A stretch of 64,000 bases of DNA from Patescibacteria group bacterium. Lineage in GTDB: Bacteria; Patescibacteriota; Microgenomatia; UBA12405. This document shows positions 8,575-18,518 of this stretch, piece by piece. The translations under genes and the position numbers were made by a program. The stretch spans positions 22,717 through 86,716 of the forward strand of contig WARW01000019.1 in the NCBI GenBank assembly GCA_013387215.1, given 5' to 3'. The notes under the pieces were generated by a model, which had not been told where the DNA came from, made no database searches, and worked only from the letters and a program-made list of their open reading frames with translations. Within the stretch, counting starts at the first letter, position 1; each line of letters starts with the position of its first letter.

Positions 8575-9345
8575 TCAATCGTTTTCTACATCCCAAAACT
8601 TATTCCGGCACATCACACCAATCGTCAATCCTTTTTTGTCTGTAACAAAAAGTCCTGCCTTTGGTGAATTTTCTTTGGCATCTGGCCAATATTCAGGCTC
8701 AATTCCAGTAACATCTGATAAAAATCCTAAAAAATGTTCAATATTATCAACGACGAAATCAAAATGAATATCATTTTGATAATCCTCAAGATAATAAAAA
8801 TATTCCTTATAACTCTTACCATATTCAAATGAAGACCCAGATTCTAAGAAAAAAGTTCTAAAATGATCAGCTACGTCTCTAGTATAACCATTTGGACAAC
8901 TAGAAGTAATATTTTCATATTCTTCTTTAGTGCACCAATAACCAGTGTGGTGAAGTTTCAACTTATAAAATATGTCATGATAAAGAATAACAGCTGCAAT
9001 CAACTGATCATGTTCCTCACTTAAGGCACTAACAGCCACATAATTGCAACCATAACGAACTCCGCCTTTCCAGCCATGACCATCTTTAAAGTTTGGAATT
9101 GGGGTCACAGAAAGCCCTTCATTTTTATTCAACAAAAGCAGCTCTCCAGCTTTACAGTTAGCAAAATATGGCCCCCGGGAATTTGTAGAAGGAACACCAG
9201 CCCAACCAGCCTGAGAAAATGCCGATTGACCCTCTGCTTCTCCAATCACCACATAAAATGATTTTTGAATTGAAGTCGCTAAATAATTAGCAAAATCGAA
9301 AGATTTAGGAATAGTTTCCGATAAATAACTTTTCACACCTATCAA
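8575..9345 (-). CDS. Hypothetical cassette protein (possible GlcG/HbpS-like N-domain plus VOC/glyoxalase-like C-domain)
   Basis: GGV...VAVSALSEEHDQLIA and LHHTGY...IHFDFVVDN; real start may be GTG 9336 after AGAAAGGG. Confidence 0.65.
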   Translation of the reverse strand: MIGVKSYLSETIPKSFDFANYLATSIQKSFYVVIGEAEGQSAFSQAGWAGVPSTNSRGPYFANCKAGELLLLNKNEGLSVTPIPNFKDGHGWKGGVRYGCNYVAVSALSEEHDQLIAAVILYHDIFYKLKLHHTGYWCTKEEYENITSSCPNGYTRDVADHFRTFFLESGSSFEYGKSYKEYFYYLEDYQNDIHFDFVVDNIEHFLGFLSDVTGIEPEYWPDAKENSPKAGLFVTDKKGLTIGVMCRNKFWDVEND

Positions 9346-9473
9346 CCCTTTCTTTTTTTTATTTTTGACTATTTTTAAAAGTGCTTGTAAAACAAAATAT
9401 AGACCGTAAATAGCCCTAAATTATTTTCCGGACAGTATAACAAAATAAAAATTAAAAATCAATATTATAGGAT
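9346..9473 (-). promoter_or_regulatory. Cassette leader (minus strand): ATCCTATAA motif, promoter, boxA-like motif, 5' arm, SD
   Basis: TTGATT 9462-9457, 17 bp, TATACT 9439-9434; GCACTTTTAAAA 9384-9373; arm AAAAATAGTCAA 9376-9365 complementary to 8578-8567. Confidence 0.65.
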
Positions 9474-10246
9474 TAGTTAAGTTCAAAACTTACCACCAAA
9501 GATTGACTAACATTTTCAGTTCCAACTTCAGTTACCGCCCCGCCGCCCATTCCGGCCGTTTTTGCCATCATTGGATAAACAGGATTAACACCACCTGCAC
9601 CTTCATTAACACTAACTACTTTACCCAATTTTCTGCCCGATGATTTGGCAATTATTGCTGCTCTTTCTCTGGCATCTTGAATTGCACCGTCGTATAAACT
9701 TTTTTCAATATTACTGGTATTATCCATTCTGAAATTTGGACCATAAACATTGTTAGCACCGCTGCTATTTAACAAATCGGTCAAAGCCGATGCCTTGTCA
9801 ACATCTCTTAAAGTAATTTCAATTGAATTATTAACCACCCATTGACCCCCGCCTCTTTTAACTGGCGCCACTTTTGAATCCATCATGTAAACCGGTTCTT
9901 GCTGTTGATAAACACTTACATTTTGAGTTTTTATATCAGCTGCTGGAATTCCAAACTTTTTCACTGCTTCAACCAAAGCACTTATTTTCTGATTAGTTTC
10001 TGCCACTGCATCTTCTTTTTTATCTTTAATAATGTTCACTCCGGCCGTAAAACTGGCAATCTGATTTTTTTGAGTTGACTTTGCTGTTCCAGTTACAGTT
10101 ACCGTTTGAGGTGTTGCCCATTCAATTCTCCCCCAATTGACCATTTTCCAAGGCAACACCAATGCTGCCGCAATCAACATCACCGCCAAAACTCCAAAAC
10201 CCAACACAATATTGATTTGCCCTTGGTTGTTTTTCATATATTTCAT
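9473..10246 (-). CDS. SIMPL domain (DUF541) protein
   Basis: N-terminal TM; TVTVTG, A..DARERA..IA...G..LGKVVSVNE pattern. Confidence 0.88.
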   Translation of the reverse strand: MKYMKNNQGQINIVLGFGVLAVMLIAAALVLPWKMVNWGRIEWATPQTVTVTGTAKSTQKNQIASFTAGVNIIKDKKEDAVAETNQKISALVEAVKKFGIPAADIKTQNVSVYQQQEPVYMMDSKVAPVKRGGGQWVVNNSIEITLRDVDKASALTDLLNSSGANNVYGPNFRMDNTSNIEKSLYDGAIQDARERAAIIAKSSGRKLGKVVSVNEGAGGVNPVYPMMAKTAGMGGGAVTEVGTENVSQSLVVSFELN

Positions 10247-10329
10247 TCTAGCATTTTCAAGCTCTTGTCAAACTAAAATTTCCTGCCTAAAAATTTGACT
10301 TTCCCCTAATTTTGGAATAATCTATTAAC

Positions 10330-11091
10330 ATGGCACTAGGAACGATTCTCTTCATTTTCATTCTATTTTTCATTGTTTATTTAATCTTTAAATCGATCGT
10401 TATCGTCAACCAATACGAACGCGGTATCGTTTTAACTCTTGGCACTTATTCCTACACTCTTAACCCAGGTTTAAAACTTGTTATTCCCATTTTTCAACGG
10501 GTTATTAAAGTTGATATCCGCATCAACACTCTGGATATTCCTAAACAGGAAATTATCACCAAAGACAACGTGGCGGTTTCTATTAATGCTGTTGTTTATT
10601 TTCAAGTCACTAAAGCTGAAGATGCTATTTTAAAAGTCAAAGATTTTGCCTATGCCGTTTCTCAATATGCCCAAACTGCTTTAAGAGATGTTATTGGCGG
10701 CATTGAACTGGATTCCCTGCTTTCTGACCGTCAAAAAATTAGTGATGAAATCAAAGTTATTGTTGATTCTGAAACCGTGGAATGGGGTGTCGATGTTACC
10801 TCTATTAAACTTCAAGACGTTGCTGTTCCCGACAACATGAAACGCGTTATGGCTAAACAAGCCGAAGCTGAAAGAGAACGCCGTGCCACCATTATCCGGG
10901 CTCAAGGTGAATTAACTGCTTCCGAAAATCTTTCCAAAGCCATGACTCAAATGTCTCAAAGTGGTGCTATTACTCTTCGCACTCTTCAAACAATTGAATC
11001 TGCCAGTACCGGCGGCAACACTATGATTTTTGCTCTGCCGGTTGAAATTCTTGAGGGTTTCAAAAAACTAACCCAAAGACAATCAATGTAA
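10330..11091 (+). CDS. SPFH/Band 7 (stomatin-like) protein
   Basis: QYERGIV, ITKDNV, AQTALRDVIG and QAEAERERRA motifs. Confidence 0.93.
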   Translation: MALGTILFIFILFFIVYLIFKSIVIVNQYERGIVLTLGTYSYTLNPGLKLVIPIFQRVIKVDIRINTLDIPKQEIITKDNVAVSINAVVYFQVTKAEDAILKVKDFAYAVSQYAQTALRDVIGGIELDSLLSDRQKISDEIKVIVDSETVEWGVDVTSIKLQDVAVPDNMKRVMAKQAEAERERRATIIRAQGELTASENLSKAMTQMSQSGAITLRTLQTIESASTGGNTMIFALPVEILEGFKKLTQRQSM

Positions 11092-11135
11092 CAAAAAGTA
11101 TCATTTAGTATAACAAAAGCTATCAATCTCTATCA

Positions 11136-12086
11136 TTAACAGAACGGGCATTTATTGCCACTATAATAGCAGCCGCATTGTTTACATTCCTTAAAGCCAT
11201 CTGGAATCTTGCCGTAAGACACATGTCCATCGACCACAAAATATCCATAACCGTATCGGCCCACTGTAGTTTCACCAGCACAACCAGAACTTGATTCTCT
11301 TTTAGATCCAGTCATTAAACCAAACATATACATTTTCAAGTCATAGCTAACTTCAGTATTTCTTTTACCAATTCCCCCATCTTTAATGGTCTGAATTCTA
11401 AAATAATCATAAACCGAAGTATAAAGTCTTAAAATTTTATCTTTACTCAAAGTTATCTCCTCTCCGAATTCTTTTTTAAAATCTTCAATATTTTTCTTTA
11501 CTTGTCTTTCTATCGATTCGTAACTAAATCCATATTTATTACTAGCCAATTCAAACAAAGAAAATAGTTCACATAACTTTAATTCCGAATTAATCGGTCT
11601 CCCTAAAATTTCCATTTCACTGCTAGCCTCTTGGCCGCCTAATTCAGTCAACACTTTATTCATTTCTCCAAAACCTTCTCTAACTTGAATTCTATTCCAA
11701 ACTACTTTTCCCTCCACACATCTCCAAAAATCCACACAGTTTTCTGAATAACCCAAAGTCTCATTTTTAGGACTAAAATGAACCCAAGTTTTATTTGGAT
11801 CTTTTTTTAAACCTTCTTCAATCGCGTAAATTGCCTCAGTTTCTTCTCTCACTCCGCCTCTTGAAGTCAAATGAACCACACTTTCATGAGACACCGAATC
11901 CACAATTCTTTCATTTTCCCAAATGTATGTTTTTGAATATTCCACTAAACCAAAATCTTCAGCTAATTGTGTCGACAATTCTAAATCCAAGCTTTTTACT
12001 CTTACTTCTGGGTCTAATCTGCCTAAAAATTTAACTTCGTTTTCTGGAGAAAATCCTAGATTTTTTTTATATTTTTCTACTGACAT
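11136..12086 (-). CDS. Hypothetical protein with C-terminal CxxC...CxxC zinc finger
   Basis: Ends CKQCGCYYSGNKCPFC; lies downstream of a cobalamin riboswitch. Confidence 0.7.
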   Translation of the reverse strand: MSVEKYKKNLGFSPENEVKFLGRLDPEVRVKSLDLELSTQLAEDFGLVEYSKTYIWENERIVDSVSHESVVHLTSRGGVREETEAIYAIEEGLKKDPNKTWVHFSPKNETLGYSENCVDFWRCVEGKVVWNRIQVREGFGEMNKVLTELGGQEASSEMEILGRPINSELKLCELFSLFELASNKYGFSYESIERQVKKNIEDFKKEFGEEITLSKDKILRLYTSVYDYFRIQTIKDGGIGKRNTEVSYDLKMYMFGLMTGSKRESSSGCAGETTVGRYGYGYFVVDGHVSYGKIPDGFKECKQCGCYYSGNKCPFC

Positions 12087-12104
12087 ATTACTTTTGCGCG
12101 AAAG

Positions 12105-12180
12105 TTTTGGTTATCCGGCTATACGGTTGCGGCACAGCCCAGGACTTACACCTGGTTCCCCACTAATTTTTATATCGTTC
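12105..12180 (-). ncRNA. Compact cobalamin riboswitch
   Basis: Minus strand GGGGAA-cca-GGTGtaAgTCC-tgg-GCTGtgCCGCAACCGT-at-AGCCGGAtaACC matches the conserved core and B12 box. Confidence 0.8.
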
Positions 12181-12652
12181 GGCTAATTATAAACAAATAA
12201 TCTGACAAACGGTTGAAGTATTTTAAAACATCTTCATCGATTTTTTTAGAATTATTCAAACTCACAACTCTTCGTTCAGTTCTACGAGCTATCGTCCGAC
12301 CTAAATGTAAAAAGGCTTCAATTTCATTTTTACCTGGCACCACGAATTCTTTTAGTTCAGGTAATTCCTTTTCCATTCTCATAATTTCAGCCTCAAAAAA
12401 GTCCACTCTTTTATTAATTTCTTCAAATTTTTTTCCACACGCCAACTCACCATTAATTCTCATCAAATCTTTTTGTATTTCTTCAATTTGAATCTTAAAT
12501 TCTGGAATCTGGAATTTTATTTTTACAATTCCCAACACCGCCTGCAATTCATCAATCGTTCCCACTGTTTCCACTAACACATGGTCTTTGGTAACTATTT
12601 GATAGTTGCAAGTTGTTTTTCCTTTATCGCCTGTCTTTGTTGTTATCGACAT
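12170..12652 (-). CDS. pduO: ATP:cob(I)alamin adenosyltransferase (PduO type)
   Basis: TKTGDKGKT, GTIDEL, RTIARRTER and NRLSDYLF motifs. Confidence 0.92.
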   Translation of the reverse strand: MSITTKTGDKGKTTCNYQIVTKDHVLVETVGTIDELQAVLGIVKIKFQIPEFKIQIEEIQKDLMRINGELACGKKFEEINKRVDFFEAEIMRMEKELPELKEFVVPGKNEIEAFLHLGRTIARRTERRVVSLNNSKKIDEDVLKYFNRLSDYLFIISRTI

Positions 12653-12678
12653 TATTTTTAATATTAAAAAATTTTAAA

Positions 12679-12739
12679 ACTATAATTTTTTGTGACATTG
12701 AACGTGGTGACACATTCACCGGAACAAAAAATTCATAGT
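12679..12739. repeat. Imperfect hairpin repeat, copy 2
   Basis: GAACGTGGTGACACATTC at 12700-12717 inside ACTATAATTTTTTGT/ACAAAAAATTCATAGT. Confidence 0.6.
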
Positions 12740-12758
12740 GTAAATTTTAATATATTTT

Positions 12759-12785
12759 TATGGGGTGCGGTTTCCGCACCCCATA
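12759..12785. terminator. GC-rich hairpin downstream of nrdJ
   Basis: TATGGGGTGCGG/CCGCACCCCATA perfect stem; no clear U-tract on the minus strand. Confidence 0.5.
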
Positions 12786-12797
12786 GTTTATTAATTT

Positions 12798-15305
12798 TTA
12801 ACTGCACTTACTGTAACCGCAGAATTGGTTAGTACATTTAAAACAGCCTTCTTCAGCTCGAAGCGGGCTGCCGCAATCTGGACAAGCACTAAATTTGCTT
12901 TCAATTGCCGCTTGTTCAGCTCTGATACTCGCCAAAATACTTGGTGTGTCTACAGTTTTCACTTCGCTTGGCATTAAAATCTCATTCTTCTCTTCGCCAA
13001 ACATATTTAGCTGTTCACCTTTGGCAATTTCCAAAAGAGATTTACCAACGGCATCAAACATACTCAAAACTGTTCCAGAACCTAAACCGACTTTTTGGCC
13101 GCAAGAGATTCCAATTAAATGTTCTGACACCTCATCTAGAGTTGCTCCATATTTTAAAGCCAATGAAGCTAATCTTCCAGTTACCTCTGCGGTTCCCGCC
13201 ATGTAACCGCCGCTTTTACCTAAATTCACAAAAACTTCAATAGGACCGTCACCAGCTTCATAAAAAATTGAAGTGTAAACATTACCCATGTCGCATTTCT
13301 TTTTAAGTCTGACTCCTCGAGCAATAGTTGGTGTGGCTTTTTTCTTGTTCATAACTAACTTTTCCACTACCTCTTCTTTCTTTTCTTCTTTTGCTTTAAC
13401 TTTTTGCAAAGGTTCAAAAGATCTTGAGCCGGTTCGGTAAACAGTAATACCTTTGGTTCCTAAAGAATAAGACATTAAATATGCATTTCTGACATCATCA
13501 ACTGTAGCTGTTTCTGGCAAATTAATGGTCTTGGAAACTGCATTATCAGTATATTCTTGGAAGGCTGCCTGAATTTTAATGTGCCATTCCGGCTCAATTT
13601 CCAAAGCGGTTATAAACACTTTTTTAACTTCTTCTGGAATACCCTCAACTCCAGTTAAAATGCCTCCATTCTTCACAATTTTTTCCATTAATTCTTCAGA
13701 ATAGATATTTCTTTTCTTCAGTTCTTCCACTAAAACTGGATTAACTGTATACAAAGTTTTTCCTTCAACAGTATTTTTTTGGAATCCCAAAGAAAATACC
13801 GGCTCAATTCCTGATGAAGTGTCAGCCAATAAACTGATTGTTCCGGTTGGAGCAATAGTAGTTAGGGCCATATTTCGTGGTTTGTAATCAGTGCCTGCGT
13901 AAACACTCACGTCCCACATGGGGAATGGTCCTCTGACTTCACCCAATTCTTGAGTAGCAATTCTGGCAGATTCAGTCACAAACTTCATTATTTTTTTAGC
14001 CCAAGCAATACCTTCATCAGAATCATATTTAATTCCCAACTTAAATAAACAATCTGCAAAACCCATCACCCCTACTCCGATTCTTCGGGTTTTACTTACC
14101 ATGTCTCTTATTTTTTGGACTGGGAACTCATTTATTTCAACAACGTTGTCCAAGAAATGAACTCCGGTTCTGATGGTGCTTTTTAAAAGTTCCCAATCTA
14201 AATCTCCATTAACTACAAATTTTGCTAAATTAACGCTGCCCAAATTACAGGCATCATAAGGCAATAATGGTTGTTCACCGCATGGGTTGGTTGCTTCAAT
14301 TCGGCCCATGACTGGAACTGGATTTGAGCTTGGGGCATTCATTCGGTCGATAAAAACCAAACCAGGATCGCCAAATTGCCATGCCAAACGAGTCACTAAA
14401 TTAAATACTTTGTAAGCATTTAATTTCATACTGACTTTTTTATCTCGTGGGTTAATCAATTCATAACCCTCGCCTTCCTCTTTGGCAACTGCCCAATCGT
14501 AAAGTTTTTTAATTCCGATTTCAATTTCTCGTAGTCTTGCATCTACATCTCGATTTTGTTCTGCCAATCTAATTTCTTCCACCACATCTTCTGGAATCGA
14601 ATCATCAGCACAAAACTTTTTGTCTGGTTCGATTCTATCCATGAAAACATTTGTTACTGCCAAAGAAATATTGAAATTAGTCAAACTCCATTCATCTAAT
14701 TTCACCACCGCAAATCTCAAAACGTCTGGATGGTCAATTGAAAGCATACCCATGTTGGCCCCTCGTCTGACTCCGCCTTGTTTTATTTGAGCCGTAACAT
14801 CGTTGTAGGCCTGCATGAAAGATACCGGACCGACAGTTGTACCGCCGCTGGTTTTAATGTAATCGCCATAAGGTCTTAATCTGGAAAATGAAAACCCAGT
14901 TCCACCACCGCTTTTATGAATCAAAGCCATATCTGACATGGTTTGCAAAATAGATTCCATCGAATCATCGATTGGCAACACAAAACAAGCCGATAATTGT
15001 TGATGTGGCTTTCCGGCATTTACCAAACAAGGTGTGTTTGGAAAAAATCTTTGTTGAGCCATCAAGCTGTAAAATTCCAAAGCTGTTTTTTCGACTGCTT
15101 CATCACTTGCATTAAAACATTTATCACCCTTAGCCACATTCAAAGCTACTCGCCAAAAAATATTTTTAGCCTCTTCGACTGCTTTGCCATCCTCTGTTTT
15201 CATTGAATATCTAGTTCGTGCAATATATTTTGCATTCTCCGACAACTGTGGTTCTGGAAGTTCCATCATACTATTATTATTGGACCGAAAATTTATATCT
15301 GCCAT
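12798..15305 (-). CDS. nrdJ: Adenosylcobalamin-dependent class II ribonucleotide reductase
   Basis: [34 protein letters not shown] and KGITVYR motifs; C-terminal TSCPD-like domain with zinc ribbon; next to pduO. Confidence 0.93.
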   Translation of the reverse strand: MADINFRSNNNSMMELPEPQLSENAKYIARTRYSMKTEDGKAVEEAKNIFWRVALNVAKGDKCFNASDEAVEKTALEFYSLMAQQRFFPNTPCLVNAGKPHQQLSACFVLPIDDSMESILQTMSDMALIHKSGGGTGFSFSRLRPYGDYIKTSGGTTVGPVSFMQAYNDVTAQIKQGGVRRGANMGMLSIDHPDVLRFAVVKLDEWSLTNFNISLAVTNVFMDRIEPDKKFCADDSIPEDVVEEIRLAEQNRDVDARLREIEIGIKKLYDWAVAKEEGEGYELINPRDKKVSMKLNAYKVFNLVTRLAWQFGDPGLVFIDRMNAPSSNPVPVMGRIEATNPCGEQPLLPYDACNLGSVNLAKFVVNGDLDWELLKSTIRTGVHFLDNVVEINEFPVQKIRDMVSKTRRIGVGVMGFADCLFKLGIKYDSDEGIAWAKKIMKFVTESARIATQELGEVRGPFPMWDVSVYAGTDYKPRNMALTTIAPTGTISLLADTSSGIEPVFSLGFQKNTVEGKTLYTVNPVLVEELKKRNIYSEELMEKIVKNGGILTGVEGIPEEVKKVFITALEIEPEWHIKIQAAFQEYTDNAVSKTINLPETATVDDVRNAYLMSYSLGTKGITVYRTGSRSFEPLQKVKAKEEKKEEVVEKLVMNKKKATPTIARGVRLKKKCDMGNVYTSIFYEAGDGPIEVFVNLGKSGGYMAGTAEVTGRLASLALKYGATLDEVSEHLIGISCGQKVGLGSGTVLSMFDAVGKSLLEIAKGEQLNMFGEEKNEILMPSEVKTVDTPSILASIRAEQAAIESKFSACPDCGSPLRAEEGCFKCTNQFCGYSKCS

Positions 15306-15308
15306 TTA

Positions 15309-15761
15309 TTATTTTTTTAAATTTTTAAAATCAACTAATAATTTTTGAAATTCATCAATAGAATTAATATCCAAATAAACTGTTGCAAACCTAATATAAG
15401 CCACCGGATCAATATTTTTCAGTTTCTCTAAAATCATTATTCCAATTTCTTTCGAAGGTATTTCCACACTTGGCCAATTTAAAAGCTTCATTTCAATCTC
15501 ATCAATAATCTTGGCTTTGTCTTCCTTACTCATTCTAAAACAAGCCTTATCGATACATTTTTCTAGCTTTTCGCGACAAAAATCTTCAACTCGGCCGCTT
15601 TTTTTAATTACTTTAAGCTCAATATTCCCCACTCTCTCGTATGTCGTAAACCTCTTGTTGCACTTAATACATTCTCTGCGCCTTCTGGTTACTCTACCGT
15701 CTTCAGCCTCGCGGCTTTCTAAAACGTTTGATTCGTCACACTTGCAATAAGGACAAAGCAT
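15309..15761 (-). CDS. nrdR: Transcriptional repressor NrdR
   Basis: CPYC...RRRECIKCNKRFTTYE, ATP-cone, VAYIRFA. Confidence 0.97.
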   Translation of the reverse strand: MLCPYCKCDESNVLESREAEDGRVTRRRRECIKCNKRFTTYERVGNIELKVIKKSGRVEDFCREKLEKCIDKACFRMSKEDKAKIIDEIEMKLLNWPSVEIPSKEIGIMILEKLKNIDPVAYIRFATVYLDINSIDEFQKLLVDFKNLKK

Positions 15762-15785
15762 TATTTTTTTATGTAATTTATAAAA

Positions 15786-15833
15786 ACACTATTTCTAGTG
15801 GATGAAAATCATCATACCCACCATAGCTAGTGA
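15786..15833. promoter_or_regulatory. Tandem NrdR boxes
   Basis: ACACTATTTCTAGTGG 15786-15801 and CCACCATAGCTAGTGA 15818-15833, 32-nt period, directly upstream of nrdR-nrdJ. Confidence 0.8.
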
Positions 15834-15950
15834 CGGTCAATACAACGAAATATATCAAAAATTTAATATTCAATTTTTCTGCGGAAAAAATTTGCAAAAA
15901 AAATACCGCTTGTCTACTTTTTAGTAAACCCTGCGGTATTAAATTTTAAT

Positions 15951-16418
15951 TCATTTTCTTTGCTCTTTAATTTCTTTAGCCATTTCTTCCATCATTTTTG
16001 CGTCTTCAACAAGTCCGCATCTTTGATTGGCTGCTGAAATCATCTTTAATATTAAGTATCTGTGTTTATCCTCATAGGCATCAATTAATGGTAAAGACAT
16101 ATCCCTTATTTTCTTTCCTATTGTTGTGTTCAACCCAAAGTTAGGTACATTGTTACATCTAATTGTTCTGGTCTTAAGGCAATAAATAATAGTATCCAAT
16201 TCTTCTTCTGGAATATTATTTTTAATACCCTCTCCAAGAATTCGAAGTAATTCATTGTCCACTTCATCATCTTCAGATCTGTCCAACAAATCAGTTACTG
16301 CCCCTGCTCTTTCTGCAAAATCTTTTGACTTCAACAACTTCAATATCCTACTGACAAAATCAGCAGTATTTAAGTTCAAGCCGCCAAACAATGCATTAAA
16401 AATTGGATCATTAACCAT
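15951..16418 (-). CDS. Hypothetical helical protein (second gene of an SD-led cassette)
   Basis: 155-aa ORF; SD GGGAGGAG; followed by AATACCGC/GCGGTATT hairpin and U-tract. Confidence 0.7.
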   Translation of the reverse strand: MVNDPIFNALFGGLNLNTADFVSRILKLLKSKDFAERAGAVTDLLDRSEDDEVDNELLRILGEGIKNNIPEEELDTIIYCLKTRTIRCNNVPNFGLNTTIGKKIRDMSLPLIDAYEDKHRYLILKMISAANQRCGLVEDAKMMEEMAKEIKEQRK

Positions 16419-16450
16419 TCTTTTCTCCTCCCTAAAATTTTGTCAAAATT

Positions 16451-16906
16451 TCAAACCTTAAACACTTCAGCCACCCCAAAGTCAAAGACCACAGCAACCA
16501 TTCCTTCTGTTTCTTTAAGCTTTTTTGCCGCTTCTTTGTCAATTAGGTTTAAACCTTGTTGAATAAAATTACGGCTGGCAAGTCCTCTGGCAAATGGCTT
16601 CTCACCTCGATCGCGAATCTCCTGCCAATTAAAATTGGGCATTAAAATGTCAGTAAGCGCTCCTCCATAAACATCATCAACCGATAGGATAATGATTACC
16701 ATTTCCTCAGGATTTTTGTTATGTGCTTCCATCCTCTTTTTGAAATGATCGATTCGATCCAAATTCTTATCAAAAGAGATTTTGCAATTGCGCTTGTTAA
16801 CTACCGAAATAACTGCCATAGCCTCTGGATCTTCCAACACTAGTTTTCCATCAACCTCTACAATCCTTGCCCTTGGATAACCATTTTTTTCATTTGACAC
16901 ATACAT
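16451..16906 (-). CDS. Hypothetical protein (first gene of an SD-led cassette)
   Basis: ORF to 16912; ATG 16906 follows AGAAAGG. Confidence 0.7.
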   Translation of the reverse strand: MYVSNEKNGYPRARIVEVDGKLVLEDPEAMAVISVVNKRNCKISFDKNLDRIDHFKKRMEAHNKNPEEMVIIILSVDDVYGGALTDILMPNFNWQEIRDRGEKPFARGLASRNFIQQGLNLIDKEAAKKLKETEGMVAVVFDFGVAEVFKV

Positions 16907-17005
16907 CCACACCTTTCTATATTTATATTTTCAGATTTCAAAGAACCACCTCATCGATTTGATTTAGTGCGATACTAAATAAACCAGTTCAGTGCGCAGA
17001 TTATA
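16907..17005 (-). promoter_or_regulatory. Cassette leader (minus strand): -10, GC-loop hairpin, boxA, SD
   Basis: TATAAT 17005-17000; ATTTAGT-ATCGC-ACTAAAT hairpin 16980-16962; GTTCTTTGAAAT 16946-16935. Confidence 0.65.
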
Positions 17006-17064
17006 ACACGACTTACTCCGAGCTTTTCCGCCACTTCCAGATTAAATCTTGGTATAATACGCTC

Positions 17065-17361
17065 ATGCAAAAAATCACTCGATTTATTAAGGAAGTAATT
17101 GCCGAGTTTAAGAACATAACTTGGCCCAAACGTGAAACTTTAATTCAGCTCACAGTTGTGGTAATATCAATCTCTATCATCATCTCCCTCATTTTGGGTG
17201 GTTTTGATTATTTATTTACAAATTCGATCTCATTGTTAGGTCAAATTAACAAACCAAAAATTAGTCCTAAAACCCAGGTTGAAGCAACACCATCTGTTAC
17301 CGCAACCTCCAGTGCTCAAAACACGACCATACCATTATCTAATCCACCAATTAAAAAATAA
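17065..17361 (+). CDS. secE: Preprotein translocase subunit SecE
   Basis: EFKNITWP motif, one TM helix, upstream of nusG; TATAAT 6 nt before the ATG. Confidence 0.93.
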   Translation: MQKITRFIKEVIAEFKNITWPKRETLIQLTVVVISISIIISLILGGFDYLFTNSISLLGQINKPKISPKTQVEATPSVTATSSAQNTTIPLSNPPIKK

Positions 17362-17366
17362 CCTTT

Positions 17367-17963
17367 ATGCCTAAAACATCAACTAAAACCAACAAAAAAG
17401 ATTTTATCTTTAAACTTTCACCTTCAGAACCTAGTATTGATGCTGCCTGGTACGTTATTAACACCTACTCTGGTCATGAATACAAAGTTATTGAAGCTTT
17501 AAAAACCAGAATTAAAACCATGAGTCTTGAAGACCAAGTTTTCCAAGCTGTGGTCCCAATTCAAAGCAAAATGGTCATCCGCCGTGGTCAAAAAGTTAAA
17601 ACTCAAGAAAAAACCTTCCCAGGTTATGTTTTAGTTCAAATGGTTTTAACCGATGATTCTTGGATTACCGTCAGAACCACTCAAGGTGTTACTGGCTTTA
17701 TCGGCATTGAAAACACCCCATCTCCTATTTCTCAAAAAGAAGTTGACAAAATCCTTCAAACTACCGAAGAAGACAAACCAAAATATCAAACTCCTTTCTC
17801 TCCTGGCGACGTTGTCAAAATCACCAACGGTCCTTTCGCTGACTTTATTGGTACTATCGACACCATCGATCAAGAAAAAGGTAAAATCAGAGTTCTCGTT
17901 TCATTCTTTGAACGAGAAACTCCAGTCGAACTTGACTTCTTACAAGTTACCAAAGAACTCTAA
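17367..17963 (+). CDS. nusG: Transcription termination/antitermination factor NusG
   Basis: WYVINTYSGHE, FPGYVLV, KOW motif GPFADF, ERETPVEL. Confidence 0.97.
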   Translation: MPKTSTKTNKKDFIFKLSPSEPSIDAAWYVINTYSGHEYKVIEALKTRIKTMSLEDQVFQAVVPIQSKMVIRRGQKVKTQEKTFPGYVLVQMVLTDDSWITVRTTQGVTGFIGIENTPSPISQKEVDKILQTTEEDKPKYQTPFSPGDVVKITNGPFADFIGTIDTIDQEKGKIRVLVSFFERETPVELDFLQVTKEL

Positions 17964-18017
17964 AAATAGTGCCCAAAATTGGGGCTTCTCACTATAAATA
18001 CAACTTTATAAATAAAT

Positions 18018-18443
18018 ATGGCAAAAAAAATAAAAACAATTGTAAAACTAACCATCGGAGCCGGCACAGCTAATCCAGCCCCTCCAGTCGGTACCGCTCT
18101 TGGTCCTCAAGGTATCAAGATCATGGATTTCTGTAACGAATTCAATGAAAGAACCAAAGATATGCGCGGTTCTTTAATTCCATCCGTTATTACCATCTAC
18201 GAAGATCGTTCTTTCGACTTCATTATCAAAAAACCTCCAGTTTCTGACATGATCAAGAAAATTGCTGGCCTTTCCAAAGGTGCATCCAACACTGGCCGAG
18301 AAAAAGCTGGTAAATTAACCAAGGCTCAAGTCGAAAAAATCGCTCAAGATAAAATTGTCGATTTAAATACTGTCGATTTGGAAGCTGCTAAGCGTTCTGT
18401 CATGGGTACTGCAAAATCCATGGGTGTTGAAATCGTCGACTAA
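18018..18443 (+). CDS. rplK: 50S ribosomal protein L11
   Basis: [12 protein letters not shown] and GTAKSMG motifs. Confidence 0.98.
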   Translation: MAKKIKTIVKLTIGAGTANPAPPVGTALGPQGIKIMDFCNEFNERTKDMRGSLIPSVITIYEDRSFDFIIKKPPVSDMIKKIAGLSKGASNTGREKAGKLTKAQVEKIAQDKIVDLNTVDLEAAKRSVMGTAKSMGVEIVD

Positions 18444-18518
18444 TAACATCTCCACCCCGTCCCGAAGCGACAAACTGTCTTTTATTAAATAAATTATTAA
18501 TAATTTAAAAAAACAAAT

